A stretch of DNA of 64,000 nt from Schmidtea polychroa (taxonomy: Eukaryota). Of this stretch, positions 1 through 11,369 are shown in pieces. Numbering within the stretch: the first letter of the stretch is position 1; the number at the start of each line of letters is the position of its first letter. The position numbers and the translations under genes are program-made. Below the pieces are notes generated by a model that was not told the DNA's origin, did not search any database, and saw only the letters and a list, made by a program, of their open reading frames with translations. The stretch covers positions 44,456,001 through 44,520,000 of the forward strand of contig CM097885.1 of NCBI GenBank assembly GCA_044892525.1, read 5' to 3'.

Positions 1-819
1 AATATAATGCTCCTATCCACAAATCATGTGTTGTAAGCAGACGGTTACAAGAAGAAAATTTCTAATTTATGAAAGGCCCCCAAGTAATCAGATTTCTATC
101 ATATCGAGAATATTCGGAGTGAATTAAAGAAACGATTATATTAAGTATTTGTAGCATCATAAATAATGCTTACCCAACAAATTCAGCCGGTTTGGCATTC
201 AATGGATCATAATGACTTTAACCAATCTGATTGAATCGATGCCCTGTAGGATTGAATCTGTGGCCCCACAAAATATTTATGTGTTATCGTGTAGTTAACT
301 ATTTGATCTGATTTATTGTAGTTTATCAAAGATTTGAAATTTTGTACTTGGTTTCATAAATTGTTTGTTTCAAATTTCTTTATCTCTACATTTTTCTTCT
401 TTTTATGGGATAGGTGCAATAGTTACTGATAATACCGTACTTAATTTGAGCCAGTTTGCTGTGTTAAGTCAATCATTCATCATTTGTCTTAACACAAGCA
501 TCCATTCAATTGAGTCAACACTTTGTGTCTGGTATAAAGAGGAGTCAGTTTGCTTCATTCCCATTATTTTTTGAAATTATAATAAAAGCTTGAATGAAAT
601 TTAGCAACGTACCAAAAATGAATTGTTTTGTTACGTCATATTATGATATTCATTATATAAATCAGACGCGCAAATAGACGAGGAACAGGTGGACAAATCG
701 CCTCCCATTCCGAAGAAAAGAATATAAAAAATATTGCAATTTTCATCAAAATGGTATAATAAAAATTTACCGAAATTTCATTTTCTGTCCTTTCTTAGAT
801 TCTGTTCTAAATGAACTAA

Positions 820-1060
820 AGTTGATGAATATATGAAGCTAATGCTGGGAAAACTTTTTGACTTTATATTGAAGGCTTAAAAGGATCTTTTTGCTGATTC
901 GTTGCAGAAGCGACTGAGCAATCTTGATAAAAAATCAAAATCTGCTTAAGATCATTTGAAACTTTGTCAAATGGAAATTTTTTTCTAATAATCTATAATT
1001 CAGCTTATAACAGCAGAAGTGAAGCGTTCATTTAGCAAGTCAAAACTGATGAGCAAAACA
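820..1060 (+). mobile_element. Degenerate hAT transposase C-terminal (dimerisation domain) fragment
   Basis: 1007-1057 translates ITAEVKRSFSKSKLMSK, resembling the hAT ERSFSxLKL motif; the surroundings are full of stops and no TIRs were found. Confidence 0.35.
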
Positions 1061-1731
1061 CAATGCTGATTTTAAATGCTTATCAAGAAATTTCGATAAG
1101 TTCGTAACAGAGTTCATCAAAATCCTGCCTAGGCCACTAATATAGATAATTCTTGATAATTTTAGTAGCTAATGTTTACTTTAAAAATTGCGATTAGTCA
1201 AACTTCCGGAAACCTTTCATCTGTATGATTAAACGTTACCGGTAAAATCCAGACCAATTAGCCATATAAACAACGATTTTGCAGTTTCAATTCAAGCAAC
1301 ATTATTCAATCATATTTCATAATTGAAAATAGTTTTGTAAATAAAATATTCACTGTTGGAAATCGATCAAAATGGTCAACCCCCGGGTAATGAGTAGCAG
1401 TAATTGAAAAATCAATTAAATTAAATAAATAAATCGTGCAAGTTACTTTTACAATAAAACATGGTAAATGTATAAGAAAAATCGTGATCATTTTATTGCA
1501 AAATATTCAACATATATACATCAAAAGTAATAAAGTTATTAGACAACATAAAAAACACCTTTAGTGAAAACAATCTGATTTCTAAATAAAGTCAATATTA
1601 ATAATAAATTTATATACAAAAATGACAACGGCAAATAATCAAATAAATCAACTAATCAATTATTCGTGTCGATTAAAATAAAATTACTAAAATCAATAAA
1701 GCAAATATTCACATTTATTTTTACACATCTA

Positions 1732-4700
1732 TCAATCACTTTTATTTTTATTATAGCTTTCGACAATTTGATCTTGTTTTGATTTCTCGGATGATCCGTC
1801 ATATTTCGATGATGACAAAGAATTCGACGTATCCATCGAAGTTTCGAGTTGTGAGGGTCCGATATTATCGACAGCAATTGACCATATGTTCCTCGAACTA
1901 TTGTTATTGGTCGGATTAGTGGTTGATTTGTCATTTTTAATCAGACTTGACGAAACAGAACTAGAGGTTGATAACGGTTTCGATTGACTTTTCGAGGCTG
2001 GTGTTCCTTTATTCGTATATTCTGTAATCACAACAGAAAATCCATTTGATGTCACTTCAACTTTTTCAAAGCTCTGTCGATCTAAACCTTTGATTTTTTT
2101 GAAATATCTAAATTTTAAAATATTTTTTCTCCAATTTTCTTTCTTTTAAGTATTTACTCTTTAATATTATTGCCATTTTATTTTCGTGTGCTTATCTTTA
2201 TTTTTTGGCAAATTTCATAGATAAAATTCACTCAATAAAACCAAGAATAAAATGTAATTTATATGATGCAAATAAAAAATAATATTAAAATGTTAGATTT
2301 TAAAATTATAAATAAAAATTTTGGCGTAAAGACAATGATGTGATTATTCGGAAATTTCCGGAATATAAATGTTGTTTCGTTTATCTTCAGCTCTTTTCAG
2401 ACTATGGAAAACAAATTATTAATATATGCTCTGAAAGAAGTGGAGATAAACTAGATTGCAAACGAGCAGATCAAAGGTAAATAAGAAAAATTTCGCTGTT
2501 GTTAATACTTATCGTTTAGCAAGAACAACAAAATTAGTCCTAAAAACCAATGTAAAAATGTGACTAGACTAGAACAATGAGTGTTTTAGTCAGGCATTCA
2601 ATAACAAAGTAGTGGATCACTAGTGAAATTGTATAGATTATACTTATTAATATATTTTAAAGATATATATAGATATTAAGATATAGCAAATTTTAAGTGT
2701 CTCAAAACTCTCAACATGGCTCCCTTTATTACCCTAAACACACAGAAGAATCATGCCAAAATTTGAATCAATCTGAAAGTTTATGAATCGCTATGATTTC
2801 AACAATTTGACTCCTTTATGCTGTTTTCACCGTTTGTATCCAAAAAGTTAAATTTCGTAGCGACAGATGAAAGAAGAAGAAAGATTATAGCTCAGAGCGA
2901 TACAAGATAAAGTCATCCGAAATTTAATCCACAAAACCTCAAGCATCAAATACTTACCAATCCCTCCATCTTTACTAACAAAACAAAAAAACTACGGTCA
3001 ATTCCAAAACCCTTCCAATAATAAATAATCCTATTGTTGGTGTCAATTATTCTCCGCAAATCTTATTCCAGAATATCTTTGTTCCTATATTACGGATAAC
3101 GTTTCAGATCTTCACCTGAGAATTTTATAAAGTACTAATCTTATTTATTGTTAATAAAGTTTGTAATATTATTCCATAGTTATTGTCATCATATTTTATT
3201 ACTTTGCACACAAGCACCCCAACTGTTCCGAGACAGCTTTTTTACAGGCGACTCAGTTGGGCTCGACAATTTCTCAAATCTACAAACATTACTTCAATAT
3301 ATTATTGTGCTTCACTATAAATAAAACATAACTATAAATAGGGCAGGTAAATAAGATAAATAAATAAGATAAATCATAACAACACTTATAAAAAGGTTTT
3401 GTTTAATTTAATTCTGTGAACTGTTGTATCGAGTTTTCTTTTTTCATTACATTTTTAGTGACTTGTTTTAACGTCGAATTTATAATTTCCGATTTATATT
3501 TAATAAATATTTATCATTATAACTGGATTTCATATTTATTGAATTTAATGTTATTGCCAAAAAACCTAACACGGCGCAACGAGGGGTGGATTCAAGAACT
3601 GCTAATTAAGGAAAATTATTAATTTTGCAGCGACGTGGAAATACTAGCAAATTTGTAAAAGATCATATTACTAGGGTTAAATAATCAGTAGATACATTTA
3701 GTCGATGCGATGAAGTTACAGAAAAGGATAAATACTGCTTTGATAATTCGATGACGAAACTATCAAAAGATGAATTTGACGGTAAATGCGACAGAGTTCT
3801 ACTCGAAGAAGATCGTAAAATAATTGGAGATAGAATAATCACAAATTTTATAAATTACGGCGATTTTCAAAGAAACAGTTCAAAACAGAAACAAAAGCAT
3901 TGTCGATTTTGAAAGAAGAATTAGAATATGCTGCGTAAACTGGGGAAATTATAGTGATGCATTGTTGGTAATCTACGCAGTGGTTCCAGTTACAACAGCA
4001 AATATAAAACAAATATACTTTGAGAGTTGTGTTTATTAATTTTTGGAACACTTGGAGTCAGAGTAACCAACGGTTGATTTTTGATATCATAAAACCCAAC
4101 GATATAGTGAGCAAAAAAGGTATGGAAACATGAATTATGGAATTATGGTTTTTATTCTTGATGAAATCTTTACTTTACTTAAAAATAACAGTAAAATTCA
4201 AAAAAAATGCGCGAGTACTCCATTCGGGAGAAGAGTAGTCAATAAATTTTATGGTTTCATATTTGATGGATAAAAACAGAAAGATGTTGCAGGATACCTT
4301 TAAGTTCGTAATTGAATAAGAAGAACTGATGATGAATATAATATGATCATTATATTTAGAGGGACGGGGGAGATCGAAAAATTTAAATGTCGTTATAAAT
4401 TTTGTATATGCTGACAGTACGGTTGAAATTAATGAATACACTAATAAAATACTAAAGACATGTCAGGAGGATAAAGAGAAAGAATAAGTCTTACGAATAT
4501 TAGAAAATATAGAAAGGGACATGGACAAGTCGATTAAAAGAGATAAGATTAAAGTTAGTAAATTATTATTAATAATAAAGATATTTTCAACACGTGTAAA
4601 ACGGATATTGGAGTATTAGATATAATTAACTATGAAATTAATACAGAATCAGGAAAACCAATTGAAAAGTACCTAGAGGTTTAGATGCGAATAAAAAAGT

Positions 4701-6158
4701 ACATCAATTATTGTGCACTAAACCAATTTATCATATTCAATCATCAAACGATTTATTTGACACTGTAGGAGGAGCAAAGTATTTCTCAACCTTGGATCTA
4801 TTGAGTGGATATTATAAAGTAAAGGTTAATGAAAAAGACGTACAAAAAACAGATTTTATACCAGATATGGTCATTATGAATTTGTAGTAATGGCAATTTG
4901 GATTATGTAGAGCACGGGTAACTTTTCAAAAACTAATGAACATAGTATTAAGAAAGGAAAATGAGATAAATTGTGTTATTTATTTAGACAATATACTAAC
5001 AATTATAGCTTGAATGACGTTCTCGAACGTATCAAAGATTTCGGATTACATTTATCAACTAGATGCAAATTTTTAAAAAGAATCTATTTGGATCACGTAA
5101 TAAACCAAAACTGAGTAAAATCAAGAGTATTAAAAATTTATAAAAAAGAATTAAAAACATTTCTGATTTTTCATTAAAGAAAGTTTATAAACTCTTAAAG
5201 TGAGTTTTAAAGGACCTTTGACTGCTTTTTACCTTAAATTAACTTACTTAAAGAAGAAGGAAAATTTTATTTTGAAATTTTGTTCAAATTCAGATGATTG
5301 GGCAAGGTTTCTTAATTTATTTTAAGCAAAACTGAATTATAATAAATGTTATTCTTTTGAATTTAAAATTTATTAGGAAAACTTTTATAGCAGATTTATA
5401 AAATGACTTTTTTTAATTCATCAAGTTAATCAAATCAATGTTTAGATTTTAATGTTCTATAAATAGTAACAATTATATTTAATGTGATATCAAAATAGAA
5501 TTTTCACAAATTTGTTATGTAATTTCGAAAAAAACTTATTTTACATTTAAAATAAATTAGGGATATTGTGACATATTGAGAGTAGTTGTTACTTAATTGT
5601 ATAACTTTTAAAAGTGGAAGATTAAATTTATTAAAATGAAAATTTACTTTGGGGATATAAAACTTGGTTTATTAACGGAACATAAAACATTCACTATTTT
5701 TTAGAATATCAACAATAAATGTTTAATTAAATAAATATACATATTAATATTAATGTATTATCTAATTTATTAGATATTTAAATATAAAATTAATTACGTG
5801 GTGTATTGACTTTTACTATCATCAATCTCAACTTTCAGCAAAGGCTCTTTCTTTTTTTTAATGTTTTCATCGTCTTTATCTTTTGAAAATACCTTTTCAA
5901 GTTGTTCTTGCATTTGAATTACAGAATTAGTTAATTTTGGTTTACGAGTTGAGGTTCCTTTTCTGGTATCACATACTTCACATTTAAATGATTCCTTTGG
6001 ATTTTTATAGGTACAAGCAGTGCATTCCCATGTTTCTTCAACATCAACACGAGGACGTCTTTTGAGTCTAAAAGATAAAATTGTTAGTCATTTCATTAAT
6101 GATTATAGTTCGAATTAAAGCATTATTTTAAAAACCTTTTTAAATTTGTTTCTGACAT
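1732..6158 (-). CDS. RYBP: RYBP/YAF2-family protein (non-canonical PRC1 subunit), ~222 aa; exons 6158-6136, 6067-5798, 2107-1732
   Basis: Exon 2 encodes WECTACTYKNPKESFKCEVCDTRKGTSTRKPK (RanBP2/NZF finger plus the GTSTRKP signature). Exon 3 encodes KKIKGLDRQSFEKVEVTSNGFSVVITEYTNK (YAF2_RYBP C-terminal motif) and a Ser-rich tail. Introns are GT-AG with matching phase 2/2. Confidence 0.92.
3560..5150 (+). mobile_element. Decayed Ty3/Gypsy internal region (RT fragment) in RYBP intron 2
   Basis: 4750-4995 reads DLFDTVGGAKYFSTLDLLSGYYKV..QKTDF..GHYEFVVM..TFQKLMNIVL..CVIYLDNIL with frameshifts and stops; boundaries approximate. Confidence 0.8.
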
Positions 6159-6794
6159 TTTAAATAATCTATTTTCTTAAGGATTATTTAAACAAGCTTG
6201 AATTACAATGTCAATAAAAAGAATAATTTTATTTCAAAAAGTTAACACTAAGCTTATTTAACAGTAACAACAGTAACTGACAGATATAATGGATGCTGTT
6301 TTCCAAAAAACTTTATATTATAACTAAATTTTATATTTATTGATTTCATTAAAATGGAACGTGCAACTATTGCTAGACACTAATATTCAATTTTTTATAA
6401 TACTTGACTTTAATGTCCGGACGATACTGAAATTACAAAATTGTAATATAAACAAATGGCTTTTAAGATTTATATTTAAAAAGGTCTCATTGTTCAAATA
6501 GTTTTAGTTATAAGTCAATAAATACAAAAATAAGGAATCAATGCTTAAGAAAATAAGGAATATAAAATTATTATTACCTCAAAAATTCCTCGAGTAAATC
6601 TCATATTATTAAATATAGGAATATAGAAATAGATATAGGAATAAAAGCTTTCATTGAGTATTTGGTTGTGGTCGCTGTAAAACTTGAATATTTTCCAAAT
6701 ACAACAAAGCTTAAGTGCCACTGTGTTTGTTTTGGCTATAAAAAGTTTAAGTGTTATCATATCACATACTTATGACGAAATAATTATTGTTATT

Positions 6795-7029
6795 TATGAA
6801 AAAGTTTTATGATGAAGAAATTTTTAAATTGAAAATTTTAAAAATTAAAGTTTAGATTAATTTTTAAAAAAACAAAATAAGAAGATATTTTAATTAAAAA
6901 TATCTTCGTAGAAAATTTGTTTAAATAAGAAAGATTAAGGAAGACATAATTTGATTTTGATATTTATTGAAATAAAATTTATGGAAACAAAAACTGATTT
7001 TAATGTTTTACAGGATGAACCTCCTAATA
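6795..7029 (+). repeat. 5' LTR
   Basis: Direct repeat of 11135-11369; begins TATGAAAAAG, ends CTCCTAATA. Confidence 0.95.
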
Positions 7030-7042
7030 TGGTGGCAGCGGT
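7030..7042 (+). promoter_or_regulatory. Primer-binding site complementary to tRNA-Leu(AAG/TAG) 3' end
   Basis: TGGTGGCAGCGGT directly after the LTR is the reverse complement of ACCGCTGCCACCA, the usual 3' end of eukaryotic tRNA-Leu(AAG/TAG). Confidence 0.8.
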
Positions 7043-8019
7043 AAACACGGACGCAATCACCGAAAGATTGCTACCAAAGGTATTCTGCCAAGGAGACGAT
7101 TTGGAATGTTCATTAAAAGATGCGAAATTTATTTCGACGCCAAGGGAATCACGCAGAAGAAAGACCAGGAAAGATTAACATCTTGCATGATTGATGAGGA
7201 TCTCCTGGAAGTGTACGCCAAAACACTGAAAAAAGCCGAAGGATTCCAGGCTAGGTTGCGATTGGCATTCGATCGTGAAAGAGATGTTTTAAAGGATCTA
7301 CAAAACTTGTTGAATTACAAGCGGAAAGGTGAAGAAATAGAAACGTGGAGGAAGGTGGAGGACCTTGTTGATAGGTTGTTCGAAAATAAAGAATTTACCA
7401 AAGAGAAATTAACAGCAAGGATGTTAATAGTATGTGCGGAGAATAAAGAAGTTGAGAAAGAAGTGATACTACGGAAGATAAAAAGCACAGAAGAAATAAA
7501 GGAAACACTAACTCTGATGGACAAAGTAGACAAGCAAAGAGATCAGATAAACAGTATGAAAAGTTACGCCAGAGTGGTCTATCAGGAACCACAGGGAAGA
7601 GTACAATACAAGAAGAAAGAACAGAGAGAAGAAAGTATCCGAAGAGAAATGCCAGAATGCTAGTTATGCCACAAAATAGGACACACGAAAATTGATTGTC
7701 CAATAAAAGGTAAAATAGAATGCTGGACATGTCATAGAAGCGGACATATAAGTAGAAACTGTCCAGATAAAAAAGCTCCAAGATGTTTTGGGTGTGGGAA
7801 AGAAGGTCATATAAGAAGATTGTGTCAGGAAATACGTTGTGAACGATGTAGCAGAAATGGTCATAGATCCGAGGAGTGTTATACAAAGATGAGGTACGGG
7901 AGAGCGAAGGAGAGACAAAGATTCACGGGAAACAGATACAGTCGGATAAATGGTATCGAGGAAGAAGAAGAAAGGGAATCGTGTGTAGAGACAAATGAAG
8001 ATAATTTTAGGAAGACGTA

Positions 8020-8064
8020 CCCAAACAACATGGCTCCACCAGTAGAGGAGTTGGTTGGAGCCAT
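8020..8064 (+). promoter_or_regulatory. Candidate -1 programmed ribosomal frameshift signal (gag-pol)
   Basis: Heptamer C CCA AAC in the gag frame at 8020-8026, followed by the stem ATGGCTCC(ACCA)...(TGGT)TGGAGCCAT; the pol frame is -1 and open from 8011. Confidence 0.75.
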
Positions 8065-8079
8065 ATTCTAACAGAAAAT

Positions 8080-11000
8080 TTGATGGGATATCCTCAGGGG
8101 GCAGAAAAGTGGGAGAATGTTGGAAGGGTAAGCGAGAAAGTATACAGGTTCCTAAAGAGAGAAATGTTTGAAGAGGAAGTGGAAAGAATTGGAACCATTG
8201 AAACGGAGCAGGTTGTTGAAATTTTGTATAACAGAATGCAAGGAAGGCCTAGTAAAACAGTAAGGATGAATGGGGAAAATTTCGACTTTTTATTAGACAC
8301 TGGGGCAAGAATCAATGTAGTGAGTGTGAACTGTTTTAACAAGCTACGAGGACAACAATTGACGAAAAGTGACGATAAGTTACGATGCGCAAACGAGAGT
8401 ACGATCGAGACAATAGGAAAAACGAAGGTGCAAGTAACCATTGGAAATGTTTCGAAGGAAGTTATATTCATTGTGGCGGAGAAAGTGACACCAGATGTGA
8501 TTGGAGGAATCGAATTACAAGAAACATTTGGATTTAGACTGTTAAAAATTAAAGATATCGAAGCTAGTGAAAAAGACAAGAACTATATTTGTAACATTGA
8601 AGCAAAATTTGGCAGAAAAATAAAGGATGAAGAACGATTGATACGAGCGTTGGAGCAGTTAAAGATCAATGAAGATAGCAAATTAAAGGAAATTATAACA
8701 AACAGTGGAAACGTGTTTATGGCAGATAAATGGGATGTGGGTCGCACACATTTGGTAAAACACAAGATAGTTACAAGAGGTGAGCCGATAAACATAAAAC
8801 CATATCGCCAACCACTAAATTTGGAATCAAAGATTGAAGAAGCAATACAAAATTTGTACGAAAATGGAATTATACGGAAATGTAACTCTCCATGGAATAC
8901 ACCGCTAATATGTGTATGGAAAAAAGAGAAAAAGGATATTAGACTATGCTTGGACTTTAGACAGCTGAACGCGGTAACAGAGAGGCAGGCATTTCCAATG
9001 CCAAACATAGACGAGATGTTGGATTTGTTAGGAGGATCCGTCTTTTTAGGTTCAATCGATCTAGGTAATGCATATTACCAAGTGGAACTAGAAGAAGAAT
9101 CACAGGAGAAAACAGCTTTCTCAACAAAGAACGGACAATATTGTTTCAACAGAATGCCGTTTGGAATTGCAGCAGCACCAGGTACGTTCCAAGAAATGAT
9201 GACAAAAGTATTAGGCAAAATAAAAGGAGCAATGGTGTATTTGGACGACATCTTGATTTATTCAAGCAGTAAAGAGAAACACTATACAATACTCGGAGAA
9301 ATGTTAAAGGCGATTGAGGAAGCAGGCCTAAGGATTAATCCAGAAAAATGCCAAGTAATAAAGGAAGAAATCAGATTCTTAGGACACATAATCAGCAAGG
9401 AAGGAGTACAGGCAGATCCATCTAAAATTCAGGCCATACAGAACTTTGGGAAGCCTAATTGCGTAAAGAAACTCCGAAGCTTTTTAGGTATTTGCAATTA
9501 TTATAGAAGATTCATCAGTGATTATGCAAAGAAGGCAAGGATGTTAGAACAATTATGTAGCGGACTAAGTAACAAAAAATTAGAATGGAGTGAAGGAACG
9601 AATAGCGTGTTTGAGGGATTGAAATTAGCACTCACGACGGCGCCAATCTTATGTTTTCCGGATCTGAAAAAGGAGTTCATTTTAGATACCGACGCTAGTT
9701 TCGATACCATTGGAGCAGTACTTTCACAAAGAGATAAAGATGGAAAAGAAAGAGTAATTGCGTATGGATCACACTCGATGACGAGCCACGAGAAAGGATA
9801 TTGTGTTACAAGAAAGGAACTATTGGCGGTATATTATTTTTGCATTCATTTTAAGCACTATCTCTACGGAAGAAGATTCACGCTCAGGACAGACCACAAG
9901 CCAATCACGTTTATGATGACAACCAAGAAGCCGATTACTTCACAATTCCAAACATGGATCAATTATTTGAGCAGTTTAGATATAAGAGTAGAATACAGAA
10001 AGGGTATTAATCACCAAAATGCAGACATGGTGTCGAGAACTAAATGTGACACGTGTGTTCAATGTCAAATGGCCCACGAAGAAGCTAAGAAAGGAAAGAT
10101 AAAAACAAGATTACTAGACTCGATCAGAGAAGAGGGAAGAAGCAACATCCAACATGGAATTGTAGAAGAAGTACGAAAGAAAACGATGATACCTGAAAAT
10201 GAGTTACAAGAAACAATAAAGGAAATACATAGACTATTGTGTCATGCTGGAGTCGAGAAGGTAGCCGATTATATGAAAGATAGATATGTTGGAAAACACC
10301 TGTGGAGTCAGATTCAGGAGATTGTTCGAAGTTGTGAGATTTGTCAAAAAACCAAGGCTTTAACGATAACAACGAAAGAACCAGTAAAAAGACAAGATTC
10401 GAAGGAAATGTTCGAAATTATATTCGTGGATATATGTGGACCGTTGGCAGAAACAAAAGGACGTAAGAAGTATATATTGGGCATAATAGATCAGTATAGT
10501 AAGTATCAAGTCTTGACAGCGATAAGAAAACAAGACGAAGAAATAATAAAGAAAACGATTTTAGAAAAGTGGATTTTAAGACTTGGATGCCCAAAGGAGA
10601 TAAGAATTGATTGCGGAAAGGCGTTTGAATCAGGAATGATGAGAGAATTCACAAAGATGCTAGATATTAAATTATGTTTTTCGAGTCCATACCATCACCA
10701 AACAAACGGTCAGATAGAAAGACAATTCAGGACAATACGGGATTTGATAAATGCTACTTTACAGGATAGAAAGAAGACCGATTGGGCAGAGATATTACCA
10801 GAAGTCGAATTCACTTTAAATGCAACCAAACAAAAAACGACAGGGAAATGCCCGGCAGAGATAGTTTTTGGAAAAAAGATTAGCAGGGAAAAATGGTACG
10901 GGTCCAAAGAAATACCGATAAAGGAAGAACTAGAAGAACAAATAAGGAGAAAATTCAATGTAGGAGAAGAAGTATTAGTAAAAGTAGAAACACGCCACAA

Positions 11001-11139
11001 AGGCCAGGACAGGTATGAAGGTCCGTACAAAGTGATAGAGAAAGTGCGTGACAGACGATACATCTTAAGAAATGAAGATGGAAAAAGGATCGAAAGAAAT
11101 GGGGAAAAACTTAAAAATTTCTTAAGAAGGGGGATATGA
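8080..11139 (+). CDS. pol: Gypsy Pol polyprotein (protease, RT, RNase H, integrase), uninterrupted ORF
   Basis: FLLDTGA, RLCLDFR, MPFG, YLDD, LDTDAS, HAG..CEIC, FVDICGP/IDCGKAF/IERQF and GPY motifs; the stop codon lies inside the 3' LTR. Confidence 0.96.
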   Translation: MMGYPQGAEKWENVGRVSEKVYRFLKREMFEEEVERIGTIETEQVVEILYNRMQGRPSKTVRMNGENFDFLLDTGARINVVSVNCFNKLRGQQLTKSDDKLRCANESTIETIGKTKVQVTIGNVSKEVIFIVAEKVTPDVIGGIELQETFGFRLLKIKDIEASEKDKNYICNIEAKFGRKIKDEERLIRALEQLKINEDSKLKEIITNSGNVFMADKWDVGRTHLVKHKIVTRGEPINIKPYRQPLNLESKIEEAIQNLYENGIIRKCNSPWNTPLICVWKKEKKDIRLCLDFRQLNAVTERQAFPMPNIDEMLDLLGGSVFLGSIDLGNAYYQVELEEESQEKTAFSTKNGQYCFNRMPFGIAAAPGTFQEMMTKVLGKIKGAMVYLDDILIYSSSKEKHYTILGEMLKAIEEAGLRINPEKCQVIKEEIRFLGHIISKEGVQADPSKIQAIQNFGKPNCVKKLRSFLGICNYYRRFISDYAKKARMLEQLCSGLSNKKLEWSEGTNSVFEGLKLALTTAPILCFPDLKKEFILDTDASFDTIGAVLSQRDKDGKERVIAYGSHSMTSHEKGYCVTRKELLAVYYFCIHFKHYLYGRRFTLRTDHKPITFMMTTKKPITSQFQTWINYLSSLDIRVEYRKGINHQNADMVSRTKCDTCVQCQMAHEEAKKGKIKTRLLDSIREEGRSNIQHGIVEEVRKKTMIPENELQETIKEIHRLLCHAGVEKVADYMKDRYVGKHLWSQIQEIVRSCEICQKTKALTITTKEPVKRQDSKEMFEIIFVDICGPLAETKGRKKYILGIIDQYSKYQVLTAIRKQDEEIIKKTILEKWILRLGCPKEIRIDCGKAFESGMMREFTKMLDIKLCFSSPYHHQTNGQIERQFRTIRDLINATLQDRKKTDWAEILPEVEFTLNATKQKTTGKCPAEIVFGKKISREKWYGSKEIPIKEELEEQIRRKFNVGEEVLVKVETRHKGQDRYEGPYKVIEKVRDRRYILRNEDGKRIERNGEKLKNFLRRGI

Positions 11140-11369
11140 GGAAGTTTTATGATGAAGAAATTTTTAAATTGAAAATTTTAAAAATTAAAGTTTAGATTAA
11201 TTTTTAAAAAAACAAAATAAGAAGATATTTTAATTAAAAATATCTTCGTAGAAAATTTGTTTAAATAAGAAAGATTAAGGAAGACATAATTTGATTTTGA
11301 TATTTATTGAAATAAAATTTATGGAAACAAAAACTGATTTTAATGTTTTACAGGATGAACCTCCTAATA
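11135..11369 (+). repeat. 3' LTR
   Basis: Direct repeat of 6795-7029, preceded by the PPT. Confidence 0.95.

Larger units (their letters stand above)
7029..8071 (+). pseudogene. gag: Gypsy gag with four CCHC zinc knuckles; frameshift near 7105 and TAG at 7661-7663
   Basis: MVAAVNTDAITERLLPKVF...; knuckles C*LCHKIGHTKIDC, CWTCHRSGHISRNC, CFGCGKEGHIRRLC, CERCSRNGHRSEEC. Confidence 0.88.
6795..11369 (+). mobile_element. Full-length young Ty3/Gypsy LTR retrotransposon (4575 bp)
   Basis: Two 235-bp LTRs identical at 233 positions; 5-bp TSD TTATT (6790-6794, 11370-11374); PBS, polypurine tract AAGAAGGGGGA (11124-11134), gag and PR-RT-RH-IN pol. Confidence 0.97.

Noticed and set aside
222..280. 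Minus-strand NILWGHRFNP resembling the Kir potassium channel ILWGHRF motif
   Set aside because: Flanked by stops within a few codons on both sides, with no other Kir motifs or clear splice sites; probably chance.
7661..7663. gag TAG as programmed readthrough, or as APOBEC-type G-to-A editing together with the LTR GG/AA difference
   Set aside because: It falls at a Trp-like position within a zinc knuckle and gag also has a frameshift; three substitutions are too few to claim editing.
7315..11063. Several minus-strand ORFs over the Gypsy element
   Set aside because: Antisense shadows of gag/pol with no independent motifs.
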